A DNA stretch of 64,000 nucleotides from Octopus vulgaris (GCA_951406725.2 OX597831.1:61256001-61320000); one strand, 5' to 3'; shown: positions 38,090 through 52,539, counted from the first letter of the stretch. The notes: a model not told the origin generated them from the letters alone. A program made the numbers and translations.

Positions 38090-39500
38090 TAATATTTAAA
38101 ATAAAGGATTACACCGAAGTAGCTATACTATACAATACTATAATTATATATCCCCTTTTAAGACCAACACATGCACCGATTAGTAATCGTTGCAATTGCA
38201 ACTCTACTACAGAACAGTGCAGTTCCTTCGGAGTGTTAATTTGATATCCCTCCGTATGGCCGTTTAATGATTTTCCTTTTATAATTTAGAGCTGCGTTTT
38301 ATAATTTAGAGCTGTCCGTTAAGTCAGACGTGAACAGTCTCTATTTCAAGTTTTTATTAGCTAATTATTTTCAGTCAATCATTTCAAAACCTTGTATAGT
38401 TTAAATGATAATTATTCATTTATACTTCACAAATGGGAATTTCCTCATGAGCAAGCATCCCAATGCTTGCTCCTGTCTAGAATTTATTACATTACCCTCG
38501 CATGTGAAAACCCTTTAAAATTCTTCTAAACATAAGTCGCATCTATATATTCCACATCTATATTGTTTTGTAATACAAATTAATTTCCATTTAATCGTAT
38601 TGTTCTTGTTACTGTCCTTAAAAGACCAGATTAATTTGGTAAGACTCATTTAGAACCTTTTATTTTTGTCTTTAAATTAACTCGAACGATTTACCAGTCT
38701 CCGCTTGAAAATTAATGATGTGCCACCGATGTAAAAGAATTCCTTACCCCTAGATGTAACTATACATCTATATATAATGTTTTCAGTTTTACACTTATTT
38801 TCCACATAAGAGGATTCCCGTTAAGAACAATCGCAAAGATAGCCCTTTGTATTTCCCTCGAATTTAGTTTCAATTTGATCAGTCACTGTAGAATTAAATT
38901 CATTTCCACCAAGTTCTTTATTACTATTTACTCCTTTAGATAACGTTATCTTTGTTCTATTTCTAGCTGAATTTTTATTCGATTTGACGTTATTATTTAT
39001 GTTAAACTAGCAGTATCGCCCGGCGTTGCTCGGGTTTGTAAGGGAAATAACTATATAAGCATTTATAGAGAAGTAAAGTATAATAGCCATCTCAATATGG
39101 CTAACCACAAAGGGGGGGGATTACTGTAGCGTTTTACGTTCTGAGATATAATAATAAATTTTTAGAGAGTTACTTCCCGTATATATGCCAAAAATGCATT
39201 AAAAATGGGGAAAATTGATGGTAAATTTTTTTTAAATCGTATACTCATCGTAGACGCGCGCTAATACACAGAAGGGCTCGATATGAATCACGACTATAAG
39301 ATACCCAGTTTTGGTTAAACTGCACCGCAAAATGTGGGAGAAGTTAGGAATCTAAATCGTAGGAGACAGACAGCACACAACCTCTCTTTTATATATAAAG
39401 ATTAGGGTTTCCCTTTCCACGAAATTTAATTTCTTAACGTTTCCCTTCTATTTGACTTTCATTATTCCGTTTGACATTATTATATTTCGAATTTGTTACA
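38090..39500 (-). mobile_element. Penelope-like element 3' part with GIY-YIG endonuclease pseudogene (38521-38802)
   Basis: One frame: ENKCKTENIIYRCIVTSRGKEFFYIGGTSLIFKRRLVN...LTKLIWSFK...IKWKLI...YRC...CDLCLEE, with two stops. Confidence 0.85.
39007..39401 (-). mobile_element. Non-autonomous Helitron nested in the PLE remnant
   Basis: Minus strand A|TCTTTATATATAAAAG ... hairpin CCCGAGCAACGCCGGG ... CTAG|T; no TSD. Confidence 0.85.
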
Positions 39501-39606
39501 ATTTTCTGATAGTAATCATTTTTTTTTCTTTTTGAAATTTCGAGGCGAACCTTCGGTATATGTACTGGTGTAAGTACCAGAAGTACCGGATACATTTAAA
39601 GAAAGT

Positions 39607-39662
<56 letters not shown>

Positions 39663-41429
39663 GGGGTTAGGGGTGGGAGAAAAGGGTTTCTGTTATCTTC
39701 AGAAATGTAAACAAAGTCACCTATACCGAAGCATCGCCAATTTCGATATTATTTTAACATATTGTGATGCTATAATTTGTGCAATATTATGGCTGAGACA
39801 ATAACCCGATCTAATCTTATGTTGATTAAGAATTTTGTAATATTTGTGGTTTCTTGAAAAATAGTTTTGAGTTGTTATATTAAACAATTTCGAAAAATTG
39901 TAATCGGCCTTTGTGTCTGTGTTTGTACCCCAACTACTTAACAGGTGTGATTACATCCTTGTCTCGGTACCCGTTCAGCAAAAGACACCGATTGAATAAG
40001 TAGTTAGCTTTAAAAGCAAAAACACCGGGGTCAATTCGTTCAACTAAAATTCTTCAAGGTGGGGCTTCAGCATGATTGCAGTCTAATGACTGAAACAAGA
40101 CAGAAAATAAAAGACAAATATATAATTAATTAAATAAAAAGAGCGAAATTTGAACATGCTGCTCTTTGTTAGCCTCCTACTAGCTCGCTGTTTTGTTTGC
40201 AAAAAGACACAATTCATCACAATGATTTTTAACATCATTAAGTTATATCATATATTTAGTGAATCACTTTGTAACATATTTATTTACTGAACAATGTTTT
40301 CCAAACAATGGCTTATAATCATTTTATGCATTCAACATTTTTTTTTACTGACTATTTTGAATACAAATTCTATTGTTGCATAACAGAGACTACAACATTG
40401 CAAATATTCAAACATGTGTACTTCAGATACATTTCAATACAAATTTCTGTTTTAGATGTAGAATTAGTCTTGTTCATGACGATTTCAGGCTTTATTTATA
40501 AATTTTCTTTTCAGTTGGACAGATGGACGCAGTGTATGTATGTATAAATGGTCTTCTATTGAGATATACTAACAATTATCATTTCTTGTTTCCAAAAATT
40601 GGTCGCATTTTTGTGCATAATGCTAACATTTTAGTGTTAGTTCAGTCTTACAAAAGGCTTTTTGTAAAAATAAAAATCACTGATGATGACTGACTGGAAA
40701 ATCTAGGGTGTGTTTATTTTTGCTTCTATTCGTCTACAATTGATTTAATTCTTTATTTTTTTAATGTGAGTAGTATATACAAAACAATAAACCAATTTGT
40801 GAACACAAGGAATAAAATTTGAGAAAAATAACGCAATAAAAGTCCATATATTACGTTAGTTTATACAACTGAATACAACATTTATGGCAATTTCATTTGT
40901 TCTCTTTGCTTTATTGAGTTCGGTGTATAAATAGATGTGAAAGCAAATTACATCATTGTTTGACCAAGTTTACATTACAAATAAAAGTCATTCAAGATAC
41001 ATGAAAGAATATCAACATGGTCACTAAATCTGCTTGTAGTAGCAGCCAAATCAACCTCAGTCCAGGAAACAATAGGTTATGTATTTCTAGATATAAAATG
41101 CATGTAAGAAGCAGGAAAGATCATGCCCATAAAATTTACATTGTAAGTTTTCTAATTAAGTATAACCTGGACCTAAGCAACTCACAGCGTATAATGAGGT
41201 GCTGAAAATTTCCTGTCTGTAGAAAAAAGAAAATACAGGAAGATAAGTTAACTCTGATTTTATTCTGCAAAAGTCCATGATTTTTGTTCCCTGTCATACA
41301 GAACAATAGCAGGTCTGTTAGTTTACACCAAATTGCTGTTTTTATTGGAGTGTTCCAACAGTATTGCTTGTTTATGAAGGTGTGAATGCATGTTAGTTCT
41401 GATATGCTTTTGATGTACAATTCAGATAG

Positions 41430-42830
41430 ATTTACATTGCTATCTTGCAGGTAGCATTGTAAATAGTCTTTACAGCTATGCCATGTCTCAGGATCAGGCA
41501 GTGTCTCATAGACATTTTGGATCAGCTTCTAACGATGTGGGTGATATCTTCCACACTGGAATAGCAGAGCCAACATTTTTTAATACAACATGGAGGTTTG
41601 GTACTCTCTTTGTCTCTCTTGTTAATCACTTGTGTAGTAGATATCATTTGTTCCTGGATAGCAAAAGCATTTCGTTCTAGGTAGTATATAATGTAATCTG
41701 TCACAGGTCCAGGAAAGGCTGTTCTTTCTGCCAAACCTGTTGTTGTCTTATAGCTTATGGTATATATACCAATGCATTGCTTTTTCCTGCTATAATGCCT
41801 GCTTCCCCTCCAAGCTTCTGGGTCACATGAGACAGTAGTATACTCAAAGAACCTTGCACAGCAGTTCTTCTCCAACACTGGGTATGCATGGCGTGTACTC
41901 ATTTCTTTCTTTACTGTTCAACAGATGTTGTCTGAGTGATACAATGGAACATTCAAAAACTGTTTGGACTGACTGTATACCTCTACCAGCATCATTTCAT
42001 CTCACATAGATGCTATCACCCTGGAATAAGCCTGTTGATAGCTTAAATCTGTTTGTAACAACAGGTGTTGCTTTAATAGTCGTCAGTGATAACTGAGTGG
42101 ACCATGTTCTGGTCAGTCTTTCAATTGTATTCACTATAGCAGCTGGTACTTTGGCAAAGTGTAATGCTTTTATCATCCATGAGGGTGTCACAGAGTTAAA
42201 TGCCTTCTTGGAGTCTAGCCATAATGTTAAGAGATTACAGCAATGTTGCTTCGCCTCCTTAAGGACAGTTTTGTTGAGGAGGAGCTGTTCAGCACAGCCC
42301 CAGACTCCTTTCTTTTCCCCTGCCTATTCTTCAGATACCACACCATTTGTTTAGCAGTGGTCCTGAAGAAACATATTTAGACAGCCTGTGTTTAGTTTGT
42401 ACGTAACGTTCAAGCATGCTATGGGTCAATAGTTTTTGGTCCACAGTTCTTGGGAATGAGAGTAATTTTTGCGACCATCAGCCCATCTGTTATATCTAGC
42501 TCAGCAGTTATTGTTTTTCTGCTTTTTAATTGGGTCATGGGAATTTCCCTGAAGAACGTGAGCTTTTTGTACCAGTAGCCTACTATCAGGTCTCTCCCGG
42601 GTGATTTTCCATTCAACAGTTTCATAATAACCATCAGGAGTTTTTCACTGGTGAGGTCATACTGGAGAGGCATTTACACAATATTCACTTCGTAGTTGAT
42701 TAACCATGCTGCATAGTGAATGTATTCTTAGTTTCCATTCCAAATTCCCACCCACAATGACTCTTGGTCTTCCTGGGTAGGAGCATTTACTACCTTGATG
42801 GTAACACCTTTCATATTGTAATATACAGCT
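41430..42830 (-). mobile_element. Decayed R4/Dong-clade non-LTR retrotransposon (RT and CCHC/RLE-proximal region)
   Basis: KSPGRDLIVGYWYKKL, PIACLNVTYKL, GVWGCAEQLLLNK, WLDSKKAFNSV, GLFQGDS, FAIQEQ...CWLC...EDITHI...LRHG. Confidence 0.9.
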
Positions 42831-45800
42831 TGCAGGTTTCTCTTTTACTCTTTTACTTGTTTCAGTCATTTGACTGTGGCCATGCTGGAGCACAACCTTT
42901 AGTCGAGCACATTGACCCCAGGACTTATTCTTTGTAAACCTAGTACTTATTCTGCAATCTGCAATAGTTGAATCTCGGTTCTTTTGTTGCATTGGTGTAT
43001 GTGTAGTAATCGTCCAACCCATGCTAGTATGGAAAGCGGACTTTCAACGATGATGATGTTGATGTATGGTTGTGTGTGTGTCTGGCTTTGTGGACTGTTA
43101 GTACCCTTCACTGCTTGACAACCAGTGTGCTGGTTCGTTCACATCCAGATAACTTAGTGGTTTGGCAAAATATACTGTTCAAATAAGTATAAGACTTATT
43201 AACAAGAAAAATGTACTGGGGACAATTTATTGAAATAAAACCTTCCAAGCTGGTGTCTTAGTATGATTGCAGTCCAATGACTGAAACAAATAAAAAGTAA
43301 AAAGATGAAAAAGGTAAAAAGATATATATGCGTGGACAGAGACACACATACACATAAGCACAAACACACAGAGACACAACACAGAAACACACAGTCATAT
43401 ATTCGCACACATACTTTCATTTTCATCAGAGTGTAGTGTGATTAAACAATAGTGTGCTAAAAGTGTAAAGCTAGATGTATGTTTGTAACAATAGCTCTTA
43501 CCATAAAGCTAGATTTACGAATGTTAACAATCAATTACAAATTCGTGACTTTGATAAAATATTCAGCAGAATGTGGTAAAACTTCAAAAGAATTTCTTAC
43601 TATATCAATACCGATTTTATAGTACTGACAAAATTAGCACCAAACCTTCATGACTGTTAATCAAAAATATGAAACTAAAATAGCAGATTTATAGTTATAA
43701 AAATAGTAAAATGTACAAAGGGAATTGACAAGTGAAGTTGTAAAATTTTAAACAGTTTGCTTTAAAGTGGTCTTTCTCATATAAAAGTGAGAATTGCAAA
43801 AGGGTGGACGAAATAAAAATGTTTTTAATTATTTTAAAGTTGTACAATATCGTGGCAAATGAAAAAAATACTTTAGTTGCAATTATTTTGTGTACTCATT
43901 AGTAAAGACAGAACAGTTAATCAATATTTGTTTGTGTGGGTCCTTGTATTTCTCCCTTTGAATGAAATTGCCCTTTAGTGCTTAGGTCCCTCTTCTATTA
44001 TTTCCTAATCAAATCTCTCAGGTGGTGGGCACTGAAAAAGTTTGAACACTTTTAAGCTGGTCACTAACTTATTGTTTTTCTGATGACGATGATGATATAT
44101 CATAGTGTTTCATCATTCAGAGTTGAGAATATAACATATAAAATGCATACATTTGTCTGGTAGGTAATCTCGTATTGATATGTTTCCTTGGTCATTAATC
44201 ATTTTGCCATGACAAAAAAAAGCTACAAAAACAAAAGGCAAGAAAAAAAATAGCAAACAATAAAAAGCAACCAAAGATGACATAATTACTTCTCAATAAT
44301 GTCCATACTTGACTCATTTAACTTGCCATTTCAGAGAAGCATTCAGCTTTTATCACCTTGCTCCACCACACAACAAAATACAAAAAAGAGAAATTTTCAC
44401 TTTTTCCACTAAAATTGCTCCAAAAGAGATAAAAAATATATATAACACAGTAAAACAACACCAGACAAAGTAATGTATGGATATAATGCAAAATGTTATC
44501 ATAAGAAATTAAGCACAAGAAAAAGCACCACCAAACATTAATGTCTCTGCATTATATTCAATATTTTCTTTGTTCTGATTACACAAGAGCATTTGACCAG
44601 AACTACAGATGTTCTTTTCTGTTCTGATATGAAATGCTGCATTGAATAAACAGATGCAATTAACCACAACATTAGTCTTCATATGTTATATACAAAACCA
44701 TATATCCTGGCTATAGCTGCTTATAACAACAATTTACAATACTGATAGCAACAGACTGCAGCTGCAAAGAGGTTAATAATTTTCACACTGTGTTCCTGTT
44801 GTTTTATTTTTCTATACCATTTTTATTCTGACATTTCCAGTTCAGAATATTTGTTTTCTTTAATTAGTCTTCTGTGACAAAGCAGATATCCTGTCTGTCT
44901 CTCATAAAATGAATAATATTTTGTATCTGAAATACCACCTGAAATGAAGTTAATTATATCTCTTTGATCTTCCACACATATTTTTATGACATTGTAACGG
45001 TTAAATAACTGAATTTGACTTTCTAAATATGAGGAAAGAAAACATATGGATGGTAATTTATTATTTTTTTTTTGTGTTCATTTATGTACATCAATGTAAT
45101 ATGAAGATATAAAATATGGATCAAATATTTGATATAATCAATAATTGATAAAAGGGGAGAAGAAAAAAAAAATCTTTATTATTGATATTGTTTTGAAATA
45201 ATTTTTATTTTATTTTTGTGATAATAGGAGCAAGACATTGTGGCACAGTTTTACTATGAAATTCACGTTCTGTGAGTATGTGAAATTATTCATGTAATTA
45301 TAAAAAATAAAGGTGGTGGTGGGGAAATCAGAAAAGCAGTGGGGTGTTGGGAACTGTGATTATGGTGGTAAGAGGGGTTATCTTATTAATGAAACTATTT
45401 TTGACCTTGTATTATTGATCAATACCATAACCTAGATATGAAATACCAGTTGTATGATTAATGATCACCTATTACAATTTAACTGTCAATTTTTATGCTA
45501 TTATTTCACCTTGTTGTCAGTAAAGTATTATTTTATTAGTTGGTTTACATCACAATTTCACAAACTACAACAATCAGAGCAGGCAAAAAAAAAAATAACA
45601 CATCATGATTTTAGTGAATGGTAAAAGCATTAAACCAAAGTCATAAAAGTGAAGAACTGCAAACAGTGAAATGGCAATAAGCATGAGACATTAACTAAGA
45701 ACAGACTATAATATTCCACACACACATGTGTGTGTTGTCATCATTATCTTCCTTACTTTTTATGCCCACTTTTCCATGAGTGCAGGGGCTGGTCTTGTAT

Positions 45801-46588
45801 TTAAGATGTACACACGCGCACACTACACACAAATGCACACACATTCTGCAGTGCAGTAATGCGGTGTAGCATTGACACAAAACACTGTTAAGGTATCGGT
45901 AATTTATTCGTCAATGTATTACATATGCAAATTAGTCTATGCCTTTTTTAAAGTCCTTAGCAAAGTGAGTCTTTAAGCTGCATCTCTGAATTCTATCACT
46001 TTCAAAATAGTAATTCACCCCACCCCAACAAAAAAAACATACACACATACATTCATCATGGCATCAAATGTAGGCACGTTGGTATAGAGGACTATTGATT
46101 CTCTTTGATAATAAATACTATCCCTGATAATTTGTGTCATTTATACAAGCCTGGAAAAAAAAAAGAAAAAAATAGTTATCTTCTTTGAGTAAACACAAAG
46201 AATTAAACTTTTGGGGGGAAATATTGTAGCAGTAATCAAACAGTGAGATACATACCATGTGAAAAATTACTAGAACAGACACTTCATTCTGAAGTGCTTG
46301 TATATTGCATTCTAGACCGAGTTAATAGATTCACAATGCCTGAGCAAAATACACACACATACACACAGAGTCACAGAGCCATACGGTTAAAAGGCTTGTA
46401 TTACAATCATAATTTTACAGGATTGATCTGACCTGTTGAGTCCTACGGGCAACACAAGCCTTCACAATGTGAAATTATGTAGAGTGAAAGTATTAGTGGA
46501 ATGCTCTCTTACACTAAAATTCGGTGGGTGTATAGTTCTGTCAATTCATCAAATTGAACTGCCAGTCATCAAAATCAGTATGAGTACC

Positions 46589-46822
46589 TATTTCTTTACT
46601 ACCCACAAGGGGCTAAACACAGAGAGGAACAAACAAGGACAGACACACGGATTAAGTCGATTATATTGACCTCAGTGCGTAACTGGTACTTATTTAATCG
46701 ACCCTGAAAGGATGAAAGGCAAAGTCGACCTCGGCGGAATTTGAACTCAGAACGTAAAGGCAGACGAAATACGGCTACACATTTCGCCCGGCGTGCTAAC
46801 GATTCTGCCAGCTCACCGCCTT
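46589..46822 (-). mobile_element. SINE family B, full length
   Basis: 12-bp TSD AGTATGAGTACC (46577-46588, 46823-46834). Confidence 0.9.
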
Positions 46823-47670
46823 AGTATGAGTACCATCATGTATAATTTTCTGGTATAAAAATATTGAAGTGTTCGATACAGCTTTGTGTTTGAAGTGCAT
46901 ATAATTTGATATGTTTATGCATGTCTAAGGTAAGTAGGACCACATTTCCAAACTGTGATTTTGCTCAGTCAGCTTTTCTGGTCAACTGTACATATAGATT
47001 TGTAAATTGCATACATTGCAAATGACAATTGGTTGCCATTTCTAGCAAGCTGAGTCATCCTATTAAAGGCTTCCTTGGAGACACATTGAATTTTATGCAG
47101 AATGGATTGGTTCACACAGCTAATTCAGAACAAGAGTTTTTAATAAAATAGAAAGGTTGGCTGCTGTAGTTGAGTGCTGTCGTGTCATAATGTTTCATTT
47201 TCCAGGCTTGTATATGGGTTTGAACAAAGAGCAACAAACTAAGAAAACACGTATATATATAGTATTGATATAGTTCTTCCTTTCTTTATTGCATTAAGCT
47301 TTTATGTACACACGGTAACTATTTACAGTTAAGTAGAATGAGACATTGAGAATTATGTGTCATAGCTATACACACAGCATATAGCTGATGAGATATTACC
47401 AACCACTGCTTAGATGGTTTAATACTATATTAACTTTGCCATCAGCAACATGTAAGTAAACATTACACAACTGAATGTAATGTTCAGCTCAGCTTATCTT
47501 TTATATTTGTTCTGTTTTCAAATATATTACAATATGTGTCGTTTTTTTTATTCTAACAGTACTTATTCCTCAGGATCATTCGATACATTCAATAGGATGA
47601 GTTTCTTCATGATGTTAAGCAAAATTTGTTGGCTTCTTTGTTAATACTTTGTTTTTCTGTGTTCTCACCA

Positions 47671-47765
47671 GAAACCTATACTTGTCGGCAATATGCAGCA
47701 CACATGTGTGTAGCAATCACCTGGTTGTTGCAATCATGTTGCAGTCCTCATCACTATTACAACAG
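47671..47765 (+). other. Candidate internal exon of an unidentified host gene
   Basis: Polypyrimidine TTTGTTTTTCTGTGTTCTCACCAG acceptor, CAG|GTAAC donor, two open frames; no recognisable protein. Confidence 0.25.
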
Positions 47766-47810
47766 GTAACACAAAGTTTATTGCACCTATTTATAACATG
47801 ACACATTCAT

Positions 47811-48251
47811 GGCGTAGGAGTGGCTGTGTGGTTGGTAGCTTGCTTACAAACCACATGGTTCTGGGTTCAGTCCCACTGCGTGGCACCTTGGGCAAGTGTC
47901 TTCTACTATAGCCTCGGGCCGACCAAAGCCTTGTGAGTGGATTTGGTAGACGGAAACTGAAAGAAGCCCGTCGTATATATGTATATATATATATATATGT
48001 ATATATATGTATGTGTATGTGTATATGTTTGTGTGTCTGTGTTTGTCCCCCACCCCAACATCGCTTGACTACTGATGCTGGTGTGTTTACGTCCCCCGTA
48101 ACTTAGCAGTTCGTCAAAAGAGACCGATAGAATAAGTACTGGGCTTACATAAGAATAAGTCCCGCGGTTGATTTGCTCGACTAAAAGGTGGTGCTCCAGC
48201 ATGGCCAAAGTCAAATGACTGAAACGAGTAAAAGAGTAAAAGAGTAAGAGT
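47811..48251 (+). mobile_element. SINE family A, full length
   Basis: Head, body and tail match family A. Confidence 0.9.
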
Positions 48252-48326
48252 ATTCTTTTGCTTATTAAGTTATTTGTTTAGTGTAAGTTTCACATAGAAC
48301 AAGGGCAAGAAATGTGAGGTATATGT

Positions 48327-48717
48327 GGTGGATGGAAGCACGCCGTCGGTTACGACGATGAGGGTTCCGGTTGATCCGAATCAACAGAACAGCCTACTCA
48401 TGAAATTAACGTGTAAGTGGCTGAGCACTCCACAGACACGTGCACCCTTAACGTAGTTCTCGGGGATATTCAGCGTGACACAGAGAGTGACAAGGCCGGC
48501 TTCTTGAAATACAGGTACAACAGAAACAGGAAGTAAGAGTGAGAGAAAGTTGTGGTGAAAGAGTACAGCAGCGATCACCACCATCCCCTGCCGGAGCCTC
48601 GTGGAGCCTTTAGGTGTTTTCACTCAATAAACACTCACAACGCCCGGTCTGGGAATCGAAACCACGATCCTATGACCACGAGTCCGCTGCCCTAACCACT
48701 GGGCCATTGCGCCTCCA
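48327..48717 (-). mobile_element. tRNA-derived SINE, family D (single copy here)
   Basis: Head GGAGGCGCAATGGCCCAGTGGTTAGGGCAGCGGACTCG...GGTTTCGATTCCC; 10-bp TSD AGGTATATGT (48317-48326, 48718-48727). Confidence 0.85.
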
Positions 48718-49479
48718 AGGTATATGTAATACAATGTTCAAGGTGTGTCTTTAGTTATGTTTAATTAATTTGATTCAATAAATATTTCAAAATTACTTTA
48801 ATAATCTCTGCTTGATGTTAGCAATGTTTCAGCTTGTTGCTATCATAATTTAATAAGTTTTCAAGTTCATTATTTTACGTTCTTGTATGTAAGTCAATGT
48901 ATATTGCGTCTTATATGTAGAATTACTGCTGCATTTAAATTTGATTAAAAGTTGTATTAACAGTTTATTTCACCAAGACATAATATATTCGATACATCAA
49001 CAACTTACTTAATCACCCTTACCAAATTGTTCTAAAGTGAACCGAATTTTACTACTTCTGTGAGGTAGGAAGATAAATAGGTTGTCGAAACATGATGCAG
49101 GTGAAAAATCTGACTTGAGTCTAATATGTTTACCTTCAGTATTCTCTGAGTAATCTTTTGATTAGGCTTTTGTTATGGTAACTTCAGTTGATATTCCGTG
49201 TGAAACCAAGATGCCAGTTAATTGTGATTCACCAGCTGTGATACTCACAACTAAATCAATATTTTCATTAAAGCAAAGATAATTACTTTACTAACGTTAG
49301 TTCAGTATGTTACTATTTAATTTAATTCAAAGAATCCCAGTTTAGGTTATAAGACGAAGAGTTGGTGACAAGAGTTTTCACAAACTGAATCATTTCCTAT
49401 TAAACTAGAAGTCAAGTAATCCAACAAGCATTTTATGGACTTTCTTTCCTTAATAGGTAGTTGAATATTAATCAGTATA

Positions 49480-50025
49480 CTGTGTGTATGTGTGTAGGTG
49501 TGTGCGTGTGTATGTGCGTGTATGTGTGTGTGTGCATGCACGTGCATGTGTGTGTCTCTCTCTTTTTCTTTTTCTCTCTCTCTCTCTCTTTCAATAACTC
49601 TCTTTCACTCTCATTCACTCTGTGTTTCTGTCTCTCCCTCCTTCTCTTTTCTCTCTCTCTTCCTCTATCCCTCTCTCTCTCTCTCTCATTCACTCTGTTT
49701 GTCTGTGTTTCTCTCTCTCCCTCCCTCGCTTTTTACTATCTCTCTCCCTCTCTCTCTCTCTTTCATTCACTCTGTTTGTCTGTGTTTCTCTCTCTCCCTC
49801 CCTCTATTTTCTCTATATCTCTCCCTCTATCTCCCTTCCTCTCTTTTATCTATCTCTCTCCTTCTCTCTCTTTTCTCTATCTCTCTCCCCTCTCTCTCTC
49901 TCATTCCCTCTGTTTGTCTGTGTTTCTCTCTCTCTCCCTCCCTCTCTTTTCTCTCTCTCTCCCTCTCATTCACTCTGTTTTATCTGTGTTTCTATCTCCC
50001 CCCCTCTCTCTCTCACTCACTCTCT
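49480..50025. repeat. (TG)n then CT-rich minisatellite
   Basis: Unit TCATTCACTCTGTTTGTCTGTGTTTCTCTCTCTCCCTCC recurs about five times. Confidence 0.9.
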
Positions 50026-50606
50026 GTATGTAGAAAATTCTGCCCAACCAATAACAATTCCGTTTTTGACAAGTTGAGGTCAGCTGATACCATCTGCAGT
50101 AACTTTAAAGTTGACAGTTAATATTGCACAGAATTCAAAAATAGAACTAAAAAAGGAATAAAATCAAATTTAAACATTAAATGTGTCACAAGCTACAGAA
50201 CGGGGTTCATTTCCCTTATTTTGCTTCCTCACTATTTTAGTTTCCAATGTAACATTGGCAAAAGCAAAAATTAAATACCAACTTAGGGTCTTTCTATTTC
50301 AATCCTTGGATTAATGCAAATCAAGGAATACGCATTTGATTTACAAATGTGAAATTCCTAGGTAAAAGTCTTAACTGCTATTTATTTAAAGAAACCAAAA
50401 AAGTAAACATATAAACAAATAAATAAATAAACAAATTGTGATTGCTATGTCTGAAGACCTTTTAAACGATCAGTGCTATTTTCAACATTGAAATCTTACA
50501 AATATTTATGTAGGTGGAATCATAACTGTGTGGTTAAGAACTGGGTTCAGTCCACAGCATAGTACCCAGGGTAAGTGTCTTCTACTACCAAAGCTTTGAG
50601 AATGTA

Positions 50607-51934
50607 TCGGGTCATCCCATAACTTCTGCCCAAATTTTGAATTAAAAAACAGGTGATCAAATGTTATATTTAAGTGAAATTTAATCATCAATATACTTTA
50701 CCTGATTATCTATGACTTCCTTCAATCTATTTACAAACTATTTTATCCCATCAATGTAAAACTCTTTTGGTTTCAAAGCGAAGAACTCTGAAATGTCAGG
50801 TTCGACCTCCTCCTGGCTTGCGAAAGTTATGTCCCCCAAATGATTCTGTAAACTACAAAACAAATGGTAGTCAGAAGGAGCAAGATCGAGAGAATAAGGT
50901 GGATGAGGAATTTTTTCCCAACCAAGCTCTTCGATCTTCTGTGATGTGATCTTTGCAGTGTGGAGTCATGCGTTGTCCTGATGAAACGGGCACTCCTTTT
51001 TGATTCACTAAAGCTGATTTTTTTCTTCAAAGCTTGGTTCAAACACCTTGGTTCAAACACTCTAGTTGCTGACGTTAGACTTGAACATTGATTGTTGCAT
51101 AAGGTAGTAACAATTCAAAGTGAATTACTCCTTTGCAATGCCCCCACATAGAGATAATAACCTTTACCACATGAACTTCTCTTCTTGGTTGTGGTTGAGC
51201 TTTTTTCTTTTAACCAAGCCACTGTTTACAACATTCAACATTTCAATAAAAGATCCATTTTTCGTCATCAGTCACAAGTCTATCTAAAAAGGGTGAAATG
51301 AGTTCACGAGAATGGAGAGGAGAGCAGATGTCAACTCGGGATTTGCGGTTGTTTTCAACAATTCATGAGGCACCCATTTTCCAAGTTTAGGAACCATTCC
51401 AAGTTGTTGAAGATGATGATGAACAGTTGTATGGTATGAACTAAGGTTTATTGCTAATTCTTCAACTGATAATGCAGGCTTTTCTTCAAGTAATGCCTCA
51501 AGGAGGTTATCATCAAACTCAACAGGATATCCTGTTCAATCTTCATCTTCAAGGCTGAATTCTCCACTTCTGAATTTTGCAAACCATCTTCTGCAAGTTC
51601 TTTCAGTCAAGCATTCTTTCCCATAAATTAAGTGCATGGTTCTAGCCGCTTCCGCTGCAGAGTTTTCTTTTTTGTACTCATAAAGCATTATGTGCCTTAA
51701 ATGCGCTTTGGATACTTCTATGTTAGAAAGGGTTTTAATCAATGAAATTTTAATTCTATTATTCTGTGAAATAATATAAAATTACTTTAAATGTACATAA
51801 ATGCATAAAAATACTTTTTAATTCCATTTGACATTCTAAAATACTATTAAATTTCATTCCTCCTTATCATCATCGTATTCATCATCAATTTTAAAAAAAA
51901 GGTAAAATCGGACAGAACTTATGGGATGACCTGA
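50607..51934 (-). mobile_element. Full-length mariner (D,D34D-type) with inactivated transposase, nested in a SINE A head
   Basis: 25-bp TIRs TCGGGTCATCCCATAACTTCTGCCC, TA TSD; KAHLRHIMLYEY...RRWFAKFRSG, GKWVPHEL, VTDDEKWI, HQDNA*LH, PPYSLDLAPSDYHLF. Confidence 0.95.
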
Positions 51935-52096
51935 TAATTGGTAGGCAGTAACTGAAAGAAGCCTGTTGAATATGCGTGTATTTATATATATAAGTATATA
52001 TTATATACATATATGTATATATTATATATATATATCATAAGTATTATATACATATATATATATATATATATATACACATACATACATATATATATA

Positions 52097-52329
52097 TATT
52101 TCTTTACTACCCACAAGGGGCTAAACATAGAGAGGACGAACAAGGACAAACAAACGGATTAAGTCGATTACATCGACCCCAGTGCGAAACTGGTACTTTT
52201 ATTTATCGACCCCGAAAGGATGAAAGGCAAAGTCGACCTCGGCGGAATTTGAACTCAGAACGTAACGACAGACGAAATACCGCTAAGCATTCCGCCCGGT
52301 GCGCTAACGTGTCTGCCAGCTCGCCGCCT
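52097..52329 (-). mobile_element. SINE family B in a (TA)n tract
   Basis: Full head-to-tail match to other copies. Confidence 0.9.
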
Positions 52330-52539
52330 ATTATATATATATATATGTAACCCCCTCCTCCTATTGACTGCCTCTAAACCTCCCTAAACAAGCAACTTAA
52401 TTTCATTTTTCATTTTTACTTGTAATTGGGCCGTTTATATTGCATTAACTTCCTTATCTCCTTTCAACATTAATTTTTATATTTAATTGTTTTTATAATT
52501 TTTTGTCTTTATTGCTTATAATTTATTGCTTTTTTTTCT

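Noticed and set aside
48640-48717. tRNA gene (also the SINE A and B heads)
   Set aside because: A/B boxes run into SINE bodies with TSDs or multiple copies; these are tRNA-derived heads, not tRNA genes.
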